Source of the DNA: Octopus bimaculoides
Lineage: Eukaryota
Direction of reading: 5' to 3'
Assembly: GCF_001194135.2 (NCBI RefSeq)
Contig: NC_068990.1
Span: 40,655,070 to 40,719,069, forward strand
Length of the DNA: 64,000 bases
Shown: positions 39,553-52,439 of the stretch, piece after piece
Numbering within the stretch: position 1 is the first letter of the stretch
Layout of the letters: each line of letters starts with the position of its first letter
Made by a program: the position numbers and the translations under genes
Notes under the pieces: generated by a model
What the model was told of the DNA's origin: nothing
What the model saw: only the letters and a program-made list of their open reading frames with translations
Database searches by the model: none

Positions 39553-40926
39553 GTTTCTGAACAAATGGGACACACTGATTTCTCATTCCTTAGCACAAAA
39601 AAATAATCTACCGTCTACTTATCTTGAAACACACGACCTTCATCTATTAACTTTCTTTTCTTCGACATATTTGGGATTTGGATATTCCAAAGGTTGGATT
39701 TTCAACTGTGCGGAATAGAAGATAAGTCTTTCAGAACAATTTCAAATTGAAAATAAAATTTGAGAGTAAGGAACAATCTGAATGTGAACAGGATCTACTA
39801 AATTTCAGCCAAAATGAAGAATTCAAAAATCAATCAGTAGTTTGGAAAATTTAAAAGTAATGATATCTAGTAGCATCCAAAAAAAAAAAAAAAAAAAAAA
39901 ATTCACTTGAATAAGAAAATTAATCTAAATTAAATTTTTCTAATAAAGAAAATCAGCATCTTTCCAAACAAAATAAAATAAATAAAATTTTGAAGTTTGT
40001 AGATCAAAATACTAATCATGAGAAACTGAAAAAATATGTAGGAAAGATAGCTCTTAAAAAAAATTTTAATCTACCCACATACTTACTTTAAGAAAAATAT
40101 TTTGAATAGGGAAAATAAAAACTTAATTCTTATTCTTTAAATTTTAAATAAACAAATTAAAGTTCAAAGAAAATCATACTTGAAATTATATTTTTTCAGC
40201 GTAATCAAAAAAATTCTTTGGGAAGAAGCCCAAATTTATTAGAAATAAAGAAAAATTTATTTGTTACCAAACAATAATAAGTACTGCAAAATTGGAAAAG
40301 AAAAGTAAAAATATTGAAAGCTATCGAATCAACATGAATTTGAAGCAAATTCCCGAAATTTGATCTCGATCAAATACTCCATTTGAGAAAAAATAGACCA
40401 ATGGTAAATATTCTCCTAAATAGTTTCAAGATTTTGCAGTTAAAATCCAAATAAAATCAAAAGCTGAAGCTCTTAAAAGAAGCTTAAACAGGTTAAAATT
40501 CTATTTTTCTTTATCAAAATTCAAGAGAAAAATTAAACACTACTAATGAAAGAGACAATCATAAAAACTTTCTTCGAAACAGCTAAAAAAATGAAATAGT
40601 TTTGGCGATTGATATTGGCAAACTTTTAAGAAATATCAAATAGAAATTGTAATGAAAGCTAAAATCTGAAACTGGATTAAGAATGTTAAGAATTCAACAA
40701 AGTGAGAATCAACTGATAACAAAAAACAAAGAAGAAAAAAAAATTACTGCTACTATTCCTCTTCGAACCATTGATTGTTGTGATATTAAAATACGATAAA
40801 AATAAAGTAAAATGGGGGACAAACACATATGGACTCACAAGATGCACTGGAGTAAAAGTGTTGCTTGTTGCTTGCACTAGAAATTTGGGAGAGAGGCAGA
40901 GGCGAGAAAAATATTTATAATGTCAT

Positions 40927-40986
<60 letters not shown>

Positions 40987-41160
40987 TGATGCTTTAAAAC
41001 AGAGAGAGTATAGCGTTTGCACTGTACAGTGAGAGAGAGAGAAAGAAGGAGAGATGAAATTAAATGCAAAATTAAAGCGCATGTTTAAGAGGTGAGAGAC
41101 GATTGGAAAATTTGAGAAAAAGTTTTCGCTTGTAAAAAAGTAGTAACCTAGAAGCTCGTC

Positions 41161-41225
41161 GAGGGCCGCAGAACTTCATGTCAAGGGCTGCGTGCGGCCT
41201 GCGGGCCGCAGGGTGCCCATGTATG
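41161..41225 (+). mobile_element. hAT-type transposon right terminus
   Basis: GAGGGCCGCAG...GGGCTGCGTGCGGCCTGCGGGCCGCAGGGTGCCCATGTATG matches the GGGCCGCA/TGCGGCCC subterminal pattern of Charlie-like hAT ends. I did not locate the left end. Confidence 0.5.
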
Positions 41226-41299
41226 GTCCATATCTTTGCTTACAGTTCTCAGTGCACCAATTATTATAGGCACAACTTTTACACTTTTCATATTCAAAA

Positions 41300-42205
41300 G
41301 TCTTGCAATAAGGGATTGTATCTTTCTTTTTTCGTCTTCTTTCTAAACGACCCTGGGATCAATCGGACATGATGGATCAATTAATAAGCAACTTCGCTTT
41401 TCCTTGACTATTATTGGTTCATTGTTTTCTAGCTTCTTGTACGTTTGAATAAGTCCCACAAAATCTTATAATTCTCCGACTCCAGCAGTTTCGACCCGAT
41501 GTTAATTCTGTCTCCAACTTCAAATCCACATTTCTGACAAAGCTTCTGGTGTAAAACCTTTACAACTTGGTCATGCCTTTATTTCGCATATTTCTCCCGT
41601 GCCAACTTTGGACATTCTGTAACAATGTGTGCCACTGTCTTGTTCCAAGTTCCACAGACTATTTTTTTCTGACACATCTTTCCCATATGCACTTTTCTCT
41701 AAAGTTGTTTGTTTTTATCGCTTTATCCTGGGCTGCTACAATTAGGCTCTCTGTTTCTTTTTTTTTTTTAATTGCCCTTTTCTTTTAGTTAAGCCTAGGA
41801 TTTTGTTCCACAAATATCTTGAGCGGTTCTTCAAAATTGACCGTGCATAAGTTTCTCTGAATTTCATTCTTGTCCTTTTCTCCTATTTCACATTTGATCA
41901 CCTGTTACTTATTCACTGTCTTTAGTAGTTTCTCTGTGCTGTTCTGTAAATGTTCTAGTAGGCTTTTTCTTTTCATCTGTACACACTCTTCCACAGCAAT
42001 TAAACATCTTCCATCCTGTTCTCTCTTCAGGTACAGCTTTCGGATGGTGGGCTCTATATATTGTCAACAGCTTCTAGTCTTTCTGTCAAGTTACTGTATG
42101 TCGTTTTGGTCCAGTCTACAATTCCAACTATATATCTAATTAGGGGTGATGCTCGCACATTTATTGCTTCAATAACATTTTTTGAATTCAGTTCTGACTG
42201 CAATC
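41300..42205 (-). mobile_element. Decayed R4/Dong-clade LINE fragment (second subfamily)
   Basis: The minus strand reads IEAINVRASPLIRY..GIVDWT...LDRKTRKLL.IY.AHHPK..LYLKR, KKETESLIVAAQDKAIKTN, TVAHIVTECPKLA, RHDQVVKVLH, YKILWD and LLIDPSCP.DP. Confidence 0.8.
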
Positions 42206-42229
42206 ATTTTCTCCTCCTCCTCCTCCTCT

Positions 42230-43736
42230 ATACGCTATATATGGCCTATTGACCTTAATTTCTCTACCTGTGTGCATTGGCACATCCCATAGTATGGCTA
42301 CTTGCTTTCTCATTTTTTTGTGACCGTTTCTGGCGTGTGCCTATACCATCTTTTTTTGTTGTTGTTATTCCATAGTGTTGGGATAGCTTCCCGTTTATAT
42401 AGATTCCAACTCTGTCGTGAATATATTCCTTCTTAGCCAGGGCTGGGTAACCAGAGACAATATGATTTCTTGTTTCTTGTCTATCTCCGCATATTCTGTA
42501 GTTATATGTATTTCTTTGCATTACATGTTTTTGATAATTTCTGGTGGGGAAGGCTTTGGGCTTGTGCTGCAATTAAAAATCCTTCAGTCTCTGCTTTGAG
42601 TCCTGAGTTGCTCTGCCATTGCTGGGATTTTGCTTTGTCTATCTCTTTTAGTTTAGTTTAGTTTAGCCCAGTATTTGCCATGAAGGGACTTTTCTTGTCA
42701 TCGTTTTATCATGATCCGTTGCTGTTCCAGTTTTGGATTGGATTTGAGTTGTTTTACAGCTTTTGTTGTTTCTTCTTTTTATTCTTAGTTGTTTTATTAC
42801 GACTTCTTTTTTGTATTTGTCAGCTTCCTTAAAGACTGAAAGCTGTTTATTGTTTTGTTCGTGATTCGTGGCTATTTGTATTAGTTTTCTTTGCTTCTGA
42901 AGTAGGCATTTCTGTAGTTCTATGGTGGTTATTTTGTAATAGTTTTCTTACTGTATAAGGCCTCTACCACCTTCGATACGTTGTATATGTATAACCTTTC
43001 TATGTCAGATTTTGGGTGGTGCATCCAATATTCTGTCATTATTTTTCTTGTTTTCCTGTCTATTTTGATTAGTTCATTTAGAGTCGAGTTAAGAATATTG
43101 TAGCTGTAACTTATAACTGGAACGACTAAATTGTTAATACCTATTATCTTGTTTTTCGCATTGAACTCTGTTTTCAGTACTAATCTAACTCGTCTATAGT
43201 ATTCTTTTCTGATATTCTCTTTCATTTGTGTGTGTTGTATCTAGTTCATTGATTCCTAAGTATTTGTATGTCTGGCTTTAGTCTAATTCTCTTCATTTGC
43301 TTTATCTAGTGTGATGTTGCTACTCTTAACTAGTTTTCCTCTTTTCAAGGTTGCTTTGGCGTATTTTTCTAATCCAAATTTCATGTTTATTTTTTGGTAA
43401 ATCCATGTACTGTTTGTAGTAATGTTTCCAACTATTTATCATTTGTAGATCTTCCATATATAAGAGGTGATTGATTGTTTTGCTGTAACAGTTGTATCCA
43501 CATCCAGTTCTGTTTAGCATGTCAGATAAAGGTGTCAGTGCCAAACAGAAAGGGAGTGGAGAGAGTGTGTCTCCCTGGAATATTCCTCTTCTAATGGGGA
43601 TGGCTTTGCTTTTTATGAGTCCCTCTTTTTACTGGAGCTGTAGCACTGTCTGCCGTTTATTCATGGAATGTTTTATATATTTTATGATTATTGTTGCTAC
43701 CTCGTTCATGGCTAGTGTTTCTAAGATCCATGTGTG

Positions 43737-43737
<1 letters not shown>
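42230..43737 (-). mobile_element. 5'-truncated R4/Dong-clade LINE (RT to RLE), pseudogenized
   Basis: RRGIFQGDTLSPLPFCLALTPLSDMLNRTGCGY...NHLLYMEDL, YKYLG, EYYRRVRLVLKTEFNAKNKIIGINNLVVPVISYSY, IDRKTRK...MHHPKSDIERLY, CRICGDRQET..HIVSG.PALAKKEY.HDRV and ILWDVPMHTGREIKVNRP. Confidence 0.9.
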
Positions 43738-43972
<235 letters not shown>

Positions 43973-45191
43973 GTGACATTTAAGACTAAATTCGAATGAA
44001 ATTGAATAAGACATGAGAAATTAAATGGGATGAAATGAAATTAGATTCAGTTTCATTAAGTTAGAGAAAAAAGAAAAAAGAATTAAGCTGGATTCAGTCC
44101 AATTTAATTCCACCGCAAGTAAATCAGAGTAGATCAGAAAAAATTGGATGATATTAAAAATGAACGGAGGTTGCACTAGCTTCTTCAAATTGCTTTTCTA
44201 CTGTTGAGGCTAAAAAGACTCTTTCTTCCGGAGACAAGAAGAGAACAGTGGAAATGAGTTTCTGCTTAATTATTGTCACAAGTACAGCAGTTGTCTTAGT
44301 TTGATTCTAGCGACGCAGTCGACTTAGACCTATACGCAAAAGTATAGAGAAAATATAATTCGCATAATTGCAGCTAAAATGAGATAATGAAACATTGCAG
44401 GGAGGCCAGTGAAATGTATCTAACTTATATTTGTTCTGTCCAGTGTCTTTAAATATTAACATTGCAAAAAGGGGGAAACTGTTCTCCTCCAGCACATGCT
44501 TCTATAGTACTCGTAATTCTCGTTTGTTTATATTTTAGTGTTAGTGTAAGTTTCTTTACCCTTCCTTTCACTAGAAGTTAAGGTAAGATGAGTTTTTTCT
44601 AACTTTTAATTCCTCCAAAAATAACTATCTCAATGAGAATTCTTAAAAGTTAAATATTTCAGTTTTTGAATTCTTAAAAGTCAAACATTTCAATTTTGTT
44701 TATCACACAGTTACATCACTTTACCTTTTTGCTATTTTCGTAAGCATCACAAGTTCTCACCTTCTTTGTTGCAAATTTTCTTTTTGTTTTCCACTGCTAA
44801 TCTTTTAAATTTGGGTGGTGCATCCAATATTCTGTCATTATTTTTCTTGTTTTCCTGTCTATTTTGATTAGTTCATTTAGAGTCGAGTTAAGAATATTGT
44901 AGATGTAACTTATAACTGGAACGACTAAATTGTTAATACCTATTATCTTGTTTATCAGTCTCTTATTTTGTACGATGTCTCTACCTCGTATTTTCGTAAA
45001 CACTCCCGCTCTATCTCCCCTTCTTCTCTTTTTTTTTTAGTAAACCGCTATGTTTTCAAACGTTACACTTATCAAATCTTTTAGTTACTAACTAATATTT
45101 CTTACCTTTTTACATTACGAAATATCAGCAAATGGACACCAACAGCCGTAAATTTGTATTGATCCAGATTGAGGCTAACAAAATGTAAAAG

Positions 45192-45641
45192 ATGCGTCGA
45201 AATTGGCAGACCGAGAGACTTTGTCTCTGTCTTCAAACGCGGAACATGGCTGAAGGATCACTGCCGAACGACCTAACAGCTTCGGCCCTAAAAAGCTACA
45301 GTTTCCATAGGTCCATGGCAAAATCTGAACGGGAAAAGCACGAGTTCTTACACTCCTATGCTCTTGTCAAGTCACATCTCGATCTCCTAGGCAGCATCAT
45401 GAAAGAAATAGACGAAGAGGTCAGTAAAGAACCCACATTTTTTGAAACTCATGAAAATGAAACTGATGACACCAAAAACGCCACTACAACACCACTCGTC
45501 TTAAAAACAACAGTACCGAACCTAACAATGGCTATAATGATAACAGTCAAAATTATAAAGAAAGAATTCAAAATAACTTTTAAAATATATGGAGGAAATT
45601 ATCCTACAAGGACAGATTTTTCTATTTATTTTTCTTCTTAG
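45192..45641 (+). CDS. Orphan 149-aa ORF of unknown function (possibly TE-derived or pseudogene)
   Basis: A non-repetitive open frame (MAEGSLPNDLTASALKSYSFHRSMAKSEREKHEFLHSYALVKSHLDLLGSIMKEIDEE...) that is richer in GC than its flanks. I recognise no domain. Confidence 0.25.
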   Translation: MRRNWQTERLCLCLQTRNMAEGSLPNDLTASALKSYSFHRSMAKSEREKHEFLHSYALVKSHLDLLGSIMKEIDEEVSKEPTFFETHENETDDTKNATTTPLVLKTTVPNLTMAIMITVKIIKKEFKITFKIYGGNYPTRTDFSIYFSS

Positions 45642-46604
45642 TATTACTATTATATAATTTCATTTCGTTAAATAGTATGATTACTATTATTTTTTCGTTT
45701 CAGATGATTTGAAAAGTTAAAGAATTTAAATATTTACAATAAATAGCAAGAAATAGGATCGGACCTTATAATCTGCATATGCAAAAAAAAAAAAAAAAAA
45801 TCCATTCTCTCTCCTTAGTACATTTGGACGTAGTTTAAAAGACAATTCTAAATGATATGGGGCACCTTTCGATGTTTGATGAAAAGTGTATCCAGCGAGC
45901 GAAGTTGAATATTCAAGCTTTTCATTAGAAAATGGTTGGCAATGAACATGTTCAGTATAAAATTTAGAAATGTAATATGTAACGATACATTATGTACAAC
46001 ATTTTATGCGAAGAATATCCTTTTAATGGGTAATTATCAATTAGTCTACTATGACATTGAAACTTATTTGAATTGTTTCCTAAATTAGTGTTAAATATCT
46101 TAATAGTACTAAAACTCAAGAGATGTTTGTGTGTACTCGAAATATCTCAGAAATAGTATATTTTATGTTAATGTTTTTGGTATATTTATTTTCATAATTA
46201 CCTTCGGCAGTGCAGAACAAATTTTTGTGATATTTGGACCGCTATTTATTAATGAAAACGATTAAACACAATTTTTGTCTGTTATTTCTTGACAAAGAAA
46301 AACATGGCTTCCGTGACGTCAACACTCATATAGAGTACACACAAATATAATGAATATCATGGCGTGTCAATCAACACAAACACACGTCCGCTTTCTGTGA
46401 CATATACACACACATATCTTCAGGCTCCCAAAGAGAAAAAAAAAAGCGTCGACATTTTGACGTACACAATATTTCAATCATTTAGAAATATTTTTAACTG
46501 AATGTTATTTCAAAAATGTAAGTTGTTTGTACAGTAAATATTTGTTTTGGCTTTCTTTAAACAGACAATATTTTAATTTATTTTAAAATTATTTTCAAGT
46601 GAAT

Positions 46605-47023
46605 GACGATTTTTCCGCTTTGACTCTCAGAACTGTCGTCCGGAGTTCGTTAATCTCCGTAAAATTTTTTATTTATTCACTTTTGTTTTAAGGTGAAAGA
46701 GAGGAAAGAGTGAAAGGTATATGTACGTGTATATGAAATGGACGTGTGTGGGTGAAAGAGAGAGAAAGAGAGGGAGAGAGAGAATGAGAAAGGGAGGGAG
46801 CGAGAGAAAGAGAGGGAGAAAGAGAAAAGAGAGTGAGGGAGAGAAAGAGAAAGATATAGTGAGTGAAGGGGTGTGTTGTCATGTATACGTACATACATCA
46901 ATACATCTGCGTACATCTTTTTTGTATGTACGTGTGCATGTGTGTGTGTGTGAGAAAGAGAAAGAGAGAGAGAGAGTTAGTGAACGTGTGTGCTCTCATG
47001 TATGTGTAAGCAGCACACACACA

Positions 47024-47070
<47 letters not shown>

Positions 47071-47246
47071 GTCCATTTCGTGTACACGTTCATACATCTT
47101 CTACTTTAAAGCATAAGTAAATAAATAAAAAATGTTTTAAAGAAATTAACGAACAAAACCAGCTGATCCGGATGACAGTTCTGAGAGTCAAAGCAACAGT
47201 TTTGAGAGTCAAAGTGACAATTCTGAGAGTCAAAGCGAAAGATCGC
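46605..47246. mobile_element. Foldback/MITE-like element with long inverted arms and microsatellite-rich core
   Basis: GCTTTGACTCTCAGAACTGTCGTCCGGA (46617) inverts to TCCGGATGACAGTTCTGAGAGTCAAAGC (47167). TTCGTTAAT..ATTTTTATTTATT.ACTT and GAAATGGACGTGTG are also mirrored. A 21-bp unit is triplicated in the right arm. Confidence 0.7.
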
Positions 47247-47306
47247 CCCAAGGGAATATCATTATAAAACATTTTTGGAGTGCATTCAACGTATTTCAGC
47301 TCCAAA

Positions 47307-47419
47307 GATTTGGCTGCTATTTCTAGCACGCCCTGCTACCACGTAGCAGCTATTTGTGATAAAGGACATGAAATATCTGTTACGTGGTAGCAGGGCGTGC
47401 AAGAAATAGTAGCCAAATC
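47307..47419. repeat. Short palindromic (hairpin) element
   Basis: GATTTGGCTGCTATTTCTAGCACGCCCTGCTACCACGTAGCAG ... CTGTTACGTGGTAGCAGGGCGTGCAAGAAATAGTAGCCAAATC, with ~43-bp arms and a ~27-nt spacer. Confidence 0.9.
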
Positions 47420-47849
47420 ACTCCTTTTCTAGGGAAAGGAGCCGTTTACGCGTGGTTTCGATATTACATTTGTTGCAAGCATGCGAAATAACCTGGAAAA
47501 AAACTCACGAAGAAAATCTCCATTACTGGGGAACTTAGACTTTCCAGGTGACCCAACGGGTCACGGGTAGTCTAGTAAACTGCTAAACATCTTTATTCAT
47601 CATGGTCATCACGATCGTCATCACTGTCGTCGTCGTCATTATAAAGAGTAGTTGTAGTAGTAGTAGTAGTTGTAGTAGTAGTAGTAGTAGCAGCAGCAGC
47701 AACTGTTGCATAGAGGCTGACGCTGTAACAGCGCTGTCTCTACCATTTGCTGCTGATTCCCTAGTTCTGGCGAATGACACCTTTGCATCACTCAGGCGGC
47801 AACTTTCCAGCCCATGGATCTTTTTGTGTAGTCGTTTCTGGTGAGGGTT

Positions 47850-48050
47850 TATGAGCTCGGGGTGCAAATCCTACCTCATCCTCTTACAAGTGTTATTAGC
47901 ATCAGATTCCTCCAAGGTCGACTTCGCCTTTCATCCTTTCTGGGTCGATAAAAGAAGTACCAGTTTAACACTGAGATCGATGTGATCGACGTCACCCCCA
48001 CTCCCGAAATTGCAGACTTTGTGCCAAAATTTGAAACCAATTTTATTATT
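47850..48050 (+). mobile_element. SINE family C
   Basis: AAGGTCGACTTCGCCTTTCATCCTTTCTGGGTCGATAAAAGAAGTACCAG...GTGCCAAAATTTGAAACC; the central block resembles the MetaSINE-type core. Confidence 0.75.
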
Positions 48051-48325
48051 GTCAGCAACAATATTTTCATTATTTATCTTACGGCGATTAGATGTCACTA
48101 TAATAGACGCGAAGTGAGATGTAGTAGAGTATGATAATTTGACATTTAACATTAAAAATTTGATAGCGTTTAAGCTGAGGTGGAAAATTATTCGTTGGGA
48201 AATAGAAAATATTCTCGACACAGATGTTTTTACTTACAAGCAAAAAGGAATATCATACCATATAGTATTTATTTTCCTGTTTTCCCTAATACGAATCATT
48301 GATAGCGTATTAATAGTTGAAATGT

Positions 48326-48692
48326 GGAGGCGCAATGGCCCAGTGGTTAGGGCAGCGGACTCGCGGTTTCGATTCCCAGATCGGGCGTTGTGAGTGTTTA
48401 TTGAGCGAAAACACCTAAAGCTCCACGAGGCTCCGGCAGGGGATGGTAGCGAACCCTGCTGTACTCTTTCACCACAACTTTTTCTCACTCTTACTTTCTG
48501 TTGTGCCTGTAATTCAAAGAGTCAGCCTTGTCACACTGTGTCATGCTGAATCTCCCCGAGAACTACGTTAAGGGTACACGTGTCTGTGGAGTGGTCAGCC
48601 ACTTGCACGTTAATTTCACGAGCTGGTTGTTCCGTTGATCGGATCAACTGGAACCCTCGACGTCGTAAGCGACGGAGTGCCAACAACAACAA
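48326..48692 (+). mobile_element. SINE family A with target-site duplication
   Basis: Near-full-length copy. TSD TAGTTGAAAT at 48314-48323 and 48694-48703. Confidence 0.95.
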
Positions 48693-49349
48693 TTAGTTGA
48701 AATACGAAAAGCATTTTAATTTTTTTAGATGGTAAATTATTATTATTAAAAGTTCTATCAACGATATTAGATTGAGACGTCTTAGGCTTAATTTTCTTAT
48801 TAATTGATTTGTAAATAATATTGTACACGCTGTCATTTATGGTTTTATCTACTTCGAGTCCTACTGTAAAAAAATATTTTACTTCATATTTTTTGGAATT
48901 TTATAATTTTTATTAGGCAAATATCTTAAACATCTCGTTCGTAAGAAGACAACTTTTTAAACGGAAGGAGAAAATTCAAAGTGTTGCTTTGATATGAAGA
49001 ATATGTGAGTCTAAGACGACAGACAACCTTCACCATTTTCTATCGTAGGTATTTTTTAAACAAATATTCTACTCGCTATTATTTAAAGCTTTTTCTAAAC
49101 CGAGATCCACCGTATATAATATAAATAATATGCCTCAATTATATCTTAATTATGAAATTCAGTAGATAACGTCTGCATGAAAGCCACAGAAAATGCTCTA
49201 GAGCAAAACAATAAACATTTTTGAAATGCCATTGTGATCTTAAGTTTTCTTGTCTTCTAAATATTTTTCTTTGAACTTTCGTTTTAGCCTATGCAAATTC
49301 ATTTCTGTCATGGCTATAGTATTGAAGCAATAATACATGGGAGTTTAAC

Positions 49350-50215
49350 ATGTAAAAATGTTGAATTCCGTGACTATATATTTTTTTCAGTGCTTGGTTT
49401 TCAAAGTAAACGCACCGCACTCTTGTCTCTCCTGTATGTGCTGGCTTTTACCCTCTGCTTCAGAAGTTGGAACAGTTAAAGTGCATCCCTTTCGAAATGG
49501 AACCCAAGAGGACGCATTTGCATACGCGAACAACGTTATTGTTATGTCAGATGCCAAAGAAATGGAAGTGGTCATCACCATTGATAAGGAATACGAGACG
49601 GTGAAAGAAAAAAATATGTGGACAAGTCAGTAGGCTTGCAGCTGGGCAGCTGGAGAAGTAGGTCTACGGCATCAAACGGTGTTCATGGGACGCTGGACCG
49701 ACAAACAAGTTAACCTGTTCGGTGTCTGGTTTGGTCTTAATGTCCATATGGACGGGAATTAGGAAGTGGTGACTGACAGAGCAGCCAGTCTTACTTATAG
49801 ATTGGCATAAAAGCAGCTGTAACTGAAAGGTCGACAGAAGTAGCGAATGCTTACATCACTTCTGTTACTGTTTACTGTTTTGTCATCCTTTCTGTTTCAA
49901 TTATTTTCTGGTCAGGTAAGAGCGTTTGTTATTCAGTTTTGTTGTGGAAGGAACGCTTTCTACAGGATAGGCAGTTCATCTGTTGTTCGTATTCTCTGCT
50001 TTGGAGTTTGGTTATGCGTAGGCTGCGGATGAGCAGATACGCACTGAGAATGCACCACCTGCAGAGATTCCAAGACCTTTTGTGGAATATGTCTTTCCAC
50101 AATTTGTCTCCTCCATGGGTAAGCAAAAGCCAAGACTGGGTGCCTAATATCTAGAAGGTCCTCCTATAGTAGAGCAACAATTTCGGTTGATATTCCACCT
50201 TAATAGTTCTGTAGA
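49350..50215 (+). mobile_element. Decayed L1/Tx1-clade LINE reverse transcriptase fragment
   Basis: Broken frames give ..LS.LLYVLA(L.P)LLQKL, AFAYANNVIV (YADD degenerate), DKSVGLQLGSWR, FGVWFG, LKGR.EVANAYI.SV and HLQRFQDLLW. Confidence 0.7.
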
Positions 50216-52439
50216 GAATTATTAGCAGGCAAATGTGACAACGTTCTTGGGTGTCTAAAATTTAAAAATAATAAAATTAAAATTAAAGTATTAAATGAAT
50301 TTTTAAAAATATATTAAAAACTTATAATTAAATAAAATATATTATTAACTTTTCATGCATATTTTAAAAAATTCTTTTAATTACTTTAATCTTAATTTTA
50401 TAAGTTTTAAATTTTAGTTTAGATTTTAATCCTTAATCTGTCTAATGGTTTAATTTTTTAATTTCTTTTAATTTAATTTAAAATTACATTCGGCCTTCAG
50501 TTTTATTTGGTTTCAAATAACTCTACTTGATTTGATTTTATTTTCTCTATATTTTATATCCAAGCTCACCAAAGCTTTCTGAACCTTCTCATAATAACAT
50601 AGTTACTGCTGATCTTGCATTTAATTTCCAATACAATTCTTCCACTATGCCTGATAGTAAAAATGACCAAATTTTAAAGATTCAAGTTGACCATGTGCGT
50701 AAGTGGCCTATATCAAATTTCAGCACAATATTTGGAGTGTCTGACATGAAAACAATGCAAATATTTTCGTGTGTGATGACCCAATTGCAAACAGTAATGT
50801 TTTTATGACTGTCCTTTCCTTAATTTCGGCCATCTTCTGCACCCTTTTTCTATCGAATGTCTCCCCTCCTTTATTCTTTCTATTACTTCCTCTCTACCAT
50901 TCTCTCCTTCTCTTCACTTTAGTCCTTCTCGTCCAAGTTATCCTTTTTGTTCCCCTTTTCTTATTTAACTATCTTCCCCTTACTTTATACTAATTCTCAT
51001 TGCCTCCCAATTTTCTGTTGTCAATTCAGTTTACTTTAAATTTTTTACACTTTTATAATTTAGTTTATTATATAATTATAAATTCTTTATTTTTTTCATT
51101 AGAAAATTTACATGTGAGCGCGAGTGTGTTTGAATTAATATTTTTTATTATTTGCACTATTTAGTAACATTAATAATGCAAAAAATTATTTTTTGTATCT
51201 TTTTAATTTTATCATCTAAGATAAAAACTATTTGCAATTTTTCTAAATTCACTTGATGTAGATGTTTGTATGAAATTTTCCTATACAATCTATAAAAATA
51301 TATATATTTTTTATTAAGTAATCTAAGGTTTAAGATGAAATACCTCTTAGGTACTTTTTCATCCTTTTCTTTTAAACTCAATTAATTTCACTTTTCCTTT
51401 TTTATTTTAATTTTATTTTTTGTACTAAATGAATTAATAAAAAAATTAAAAATTAAAATTTTAGCAGTAATATTTTAAGCTCTAATTTTAATGAGTTGTT
51501 TTTGTCCGCTACTTATCCAGGTTTAATTCTTAAGAATATTGTTATTATGTGTCCGCATTTTTTATTGGATAGTCCAGTGTTTTTACAGACATTGCAGTAA
51601 TTGTAAAATTTTAGTTAAAAATATATAAAATTACAATTTTTTATAGTCATTTTGAATTCAAAAATTTTCAAGAAAATTCAAACAATATTTTGCTTTTTTT
51701 CATTTGACTAATTCTCATTTAGAAATTAAATTAAAAATGGATGATAATCATTGCAACTTTGCCTTTTCTAGACATAAAGTATGTACTGTAATTTCGGTAC
51801 TGTTCAGAGACAACGTTACAAATGAATATATTTAAAGAATCTTTAAAATAATGAAAAAAAAAAAATTTTAAATGAGGATACAAATTTAGTAAAACGACTT
51901 TACTTTAAATAAATTAAATTAAATTAAATTAATATTGAAAAGAATATAATTACAAGTAGCATTTGCCTTTTCTGAACAGCCTTACTACAGACTTCAGTAC
52001 TGTTCATAGAGACAAAGCCACAAATAATCATATTCTATTTACTATAAAAATATTTCATATAAGAGTAGTGTCTCTTTAATATCATGCAAAAATTGATAAA
52101 CATTTGTGAATTAGAATTAAATTTTTTTTTCTAATGGATAAAATTTTACGAAATCTTTGCTAATTGTAACATTTTTCTTTCTTATTAGTATCAATATAAA
52201 AATTCTTAATCAAAATTTTAAAAATGGTGTGGATTCAAAGTGTCGATGTCGGGCATACTACTCGTTAGTCAACCAGTTTTGTCTATACATTTTTTCTCTC
52301 AACTTTTGTTCTATTGCACCAAATTTTAAGTATTTTATATCTAAATGTAGCTTATGAGTAGTCAAACATAATTCAAAAACTAAATTTGATTTCGATTAAA
52401 ACTGAATTAGTGAGACTGCTTGGAAGACGCCGACTGCGA

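Noticed and set aside
39553-40660. Ciliate-code (TAA/TAG=Gln) contaminant or horizontal transfer
   Set aside because: In-frame TGA codons also occur, and TAA excess is expected in A/T-rich DNA. The segment is contiguous with host SINEs, so a decayed TE ORF is simpler.
47174-47237. CRISPR-like repeat array (3 x 21 bp)
   Set aside because: The units are directly tandem with no spacers, inside a foldback arm of a eukaryotic element.
47583-47867. Poly-Ser / poly-Leu ORFs
   Set aside because: They derive from (GTA)n(GCA)n and (TCA/TCG)n simple repeats, with no domain signal.
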